The translations under genes and the position numbers were made by a program. From assembly GCA_020184695.1 (NCBI GenBank), contig JAANOX010000105.1, positions 1 through 36,426 on the forward strand: a DNA stretch of 36,426 bases. Reading direction: 5' to 3'. Under the pieces are notes generated by a model. It was not told where the DNA came from and did not search any database. It worked only from the letters and a program-made list of their open reading frames with translations. Numbering within the stretch: the first letter of the stretch is position 1; each line of letters starts with the position of its first letter. The stretch comes from Histomonas meleagridis 2922-C6/04-290x (lineage: Eukaryota; Protista; Parabasalia). Shown here one piece after another: positions 35,655 through 36,426 of this stretch.

Positions 35655-35993
35655 TTATTCTGCCAAAGCTTTTGCGTAACGTTTAGTTTCTTGTTGAGCT
35701 TTGTTTGCTAATTCATGCCGATGTTCAATCTCTCTTTCTGCCACTTCATGTTTTTGCTTTTCTTCATTATACTTTGCTTCAGCAGCTTTTGTCGCTTTTT
35801 TCATATCTTTTTCTTTTTCATCCGAATTCTTTTTTCTTGCTAATTCATCTTGTTTCTCTCTCCGCGTATTATTAATTTGTTGTTGACGAACATCGTTTTG
35901 ATTTCTCATACAATGTATTGCGTCAAGATTTACGTTTTGTGGCGTTTGTGATAAAGCAACAGGAAGAAATGGATTTTGTAAATTTGCCATCAT
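35655..35993 (-). CDS. Hypothetical Q/N-rich then coiled-coil protein within the element end
   Basis: Open frame 35655-36104. First ATG at 35993 (MMANLQNPF...). Charged helical C-terminal half. May continue past the stop through a frameshift in the poly-A run. Confidence 0.4.
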   Translation of the reverse strand: MMANLQNPFLPVALSQTPQNVNLDAIHCMRNQNDVRQQQINNTRREKQDELARKKNSDEKEKDMKKATKAAEAKYNEEKQKHEVAEREIEHRHELANKAQQETKRYAKALAE

Positions 35994-36426
35994 TTGTGAT
36001 ATAGCAGAATTGGAATTTTGATTATTCGGTGAAGGAAGAATATTTGCTCTTACTGAAGCGTTAGGATTAAATGACAACAGATTGTATACCACACACACAC
36101 ACACAGCGCTATGTGAGCTTCGTGCTACGCACTCGCTCCCACCCGCGCTACATAAACTAAAGGATGAACGGCTAAAATCGATTGAATTATCATAAATCGG
36201 TTGGTTTTGATTGAAAGTAATTAAATATATTTAAATTCATGATGACATTTATTTTTTAAATGTGTGAGGCATAAAAATACTACTACTACTAATACTACTA
36301 CTAAAAAAGTTATTAGCTAAAGGAAATTCGGAAGAGCTGAGTGAGTTTCTCCATTTTAGTGATTTGACGTGAATATTGCAAGTTTACGGGAGTTGCTGAC
36401 TATAACGGATGGATTGTTGTTAATCC

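Larger units (their letters stand above)
34550..36302. mobile_element. Probable right-terminal remnant of a Maverick/Polinton-like element
   Basis: Ends in ACTACTACTACT-AAT-ACTACTACT (36279-36302); short (AGT)n terminal repeats are an established Polinton feature. It shares the GCGNAGC plus (TG)n module with the Maverick at the window start, and contains a decayed small ORF at about 34555-34800 (-). Left boundary uncertain. Confidence 0.5.

Noticed and set aside
1-36302. Whole window as one giant Maverick bounded by the two remnants
   Set aside because: No matching TIR between the two ends is visible, and the 29 kb between them is host genes and unrelated transposons.

Overview
Very AT-rich, apparently intron-poor eukaryotic DNA. 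It looks like a parabasalid (Trichomonas/Tritrichomonas/Histomonas-type) genome, judged from trichomonad-type Initiator motifs, R2R3-Myb genes, an atypical E2F, GT31/GT47 glycosyltransferases and Maverick remnants; the species cannot be determined. The window is mostly a transposon and pseudogene graveyard. (1) 1-1160: diverged inverted arms around a higher-order minisatellite. (2) About 1690-5670: a scrambled, decayed Maverick/Polinton (packaging ATPase, minor-capsid-like gene, integrase, pPolB N-terminal pieces). (3) An inverted segmental duplication of about 2.6-2.8 kb (7128-9690 / 17330-20110) carrying two intact Myb genes and broken ZNF622/Rei1-like fragments. (4) A 1.47 kb non-coding element whose 183-bp TIRs each contain a tRNA-like Pol III cassette. 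(5) A decayed P-element/THAP9-like transposon. (6) Many broken host genes: exostosin, AP sigma, coiled-coil, PMCA-type ATPase, GT31. (7) A probable Polinton right end with (ACT)n terminus and two adjacent GC-rich hairpins next to GAGC repeats. I see no convincing novel multi-gene system. The best candidates for something undescribed are non-coding DNA structures in the mobile elements. All family assignments come from motif recognition by eye, not database searches, and identity figures are estimates.
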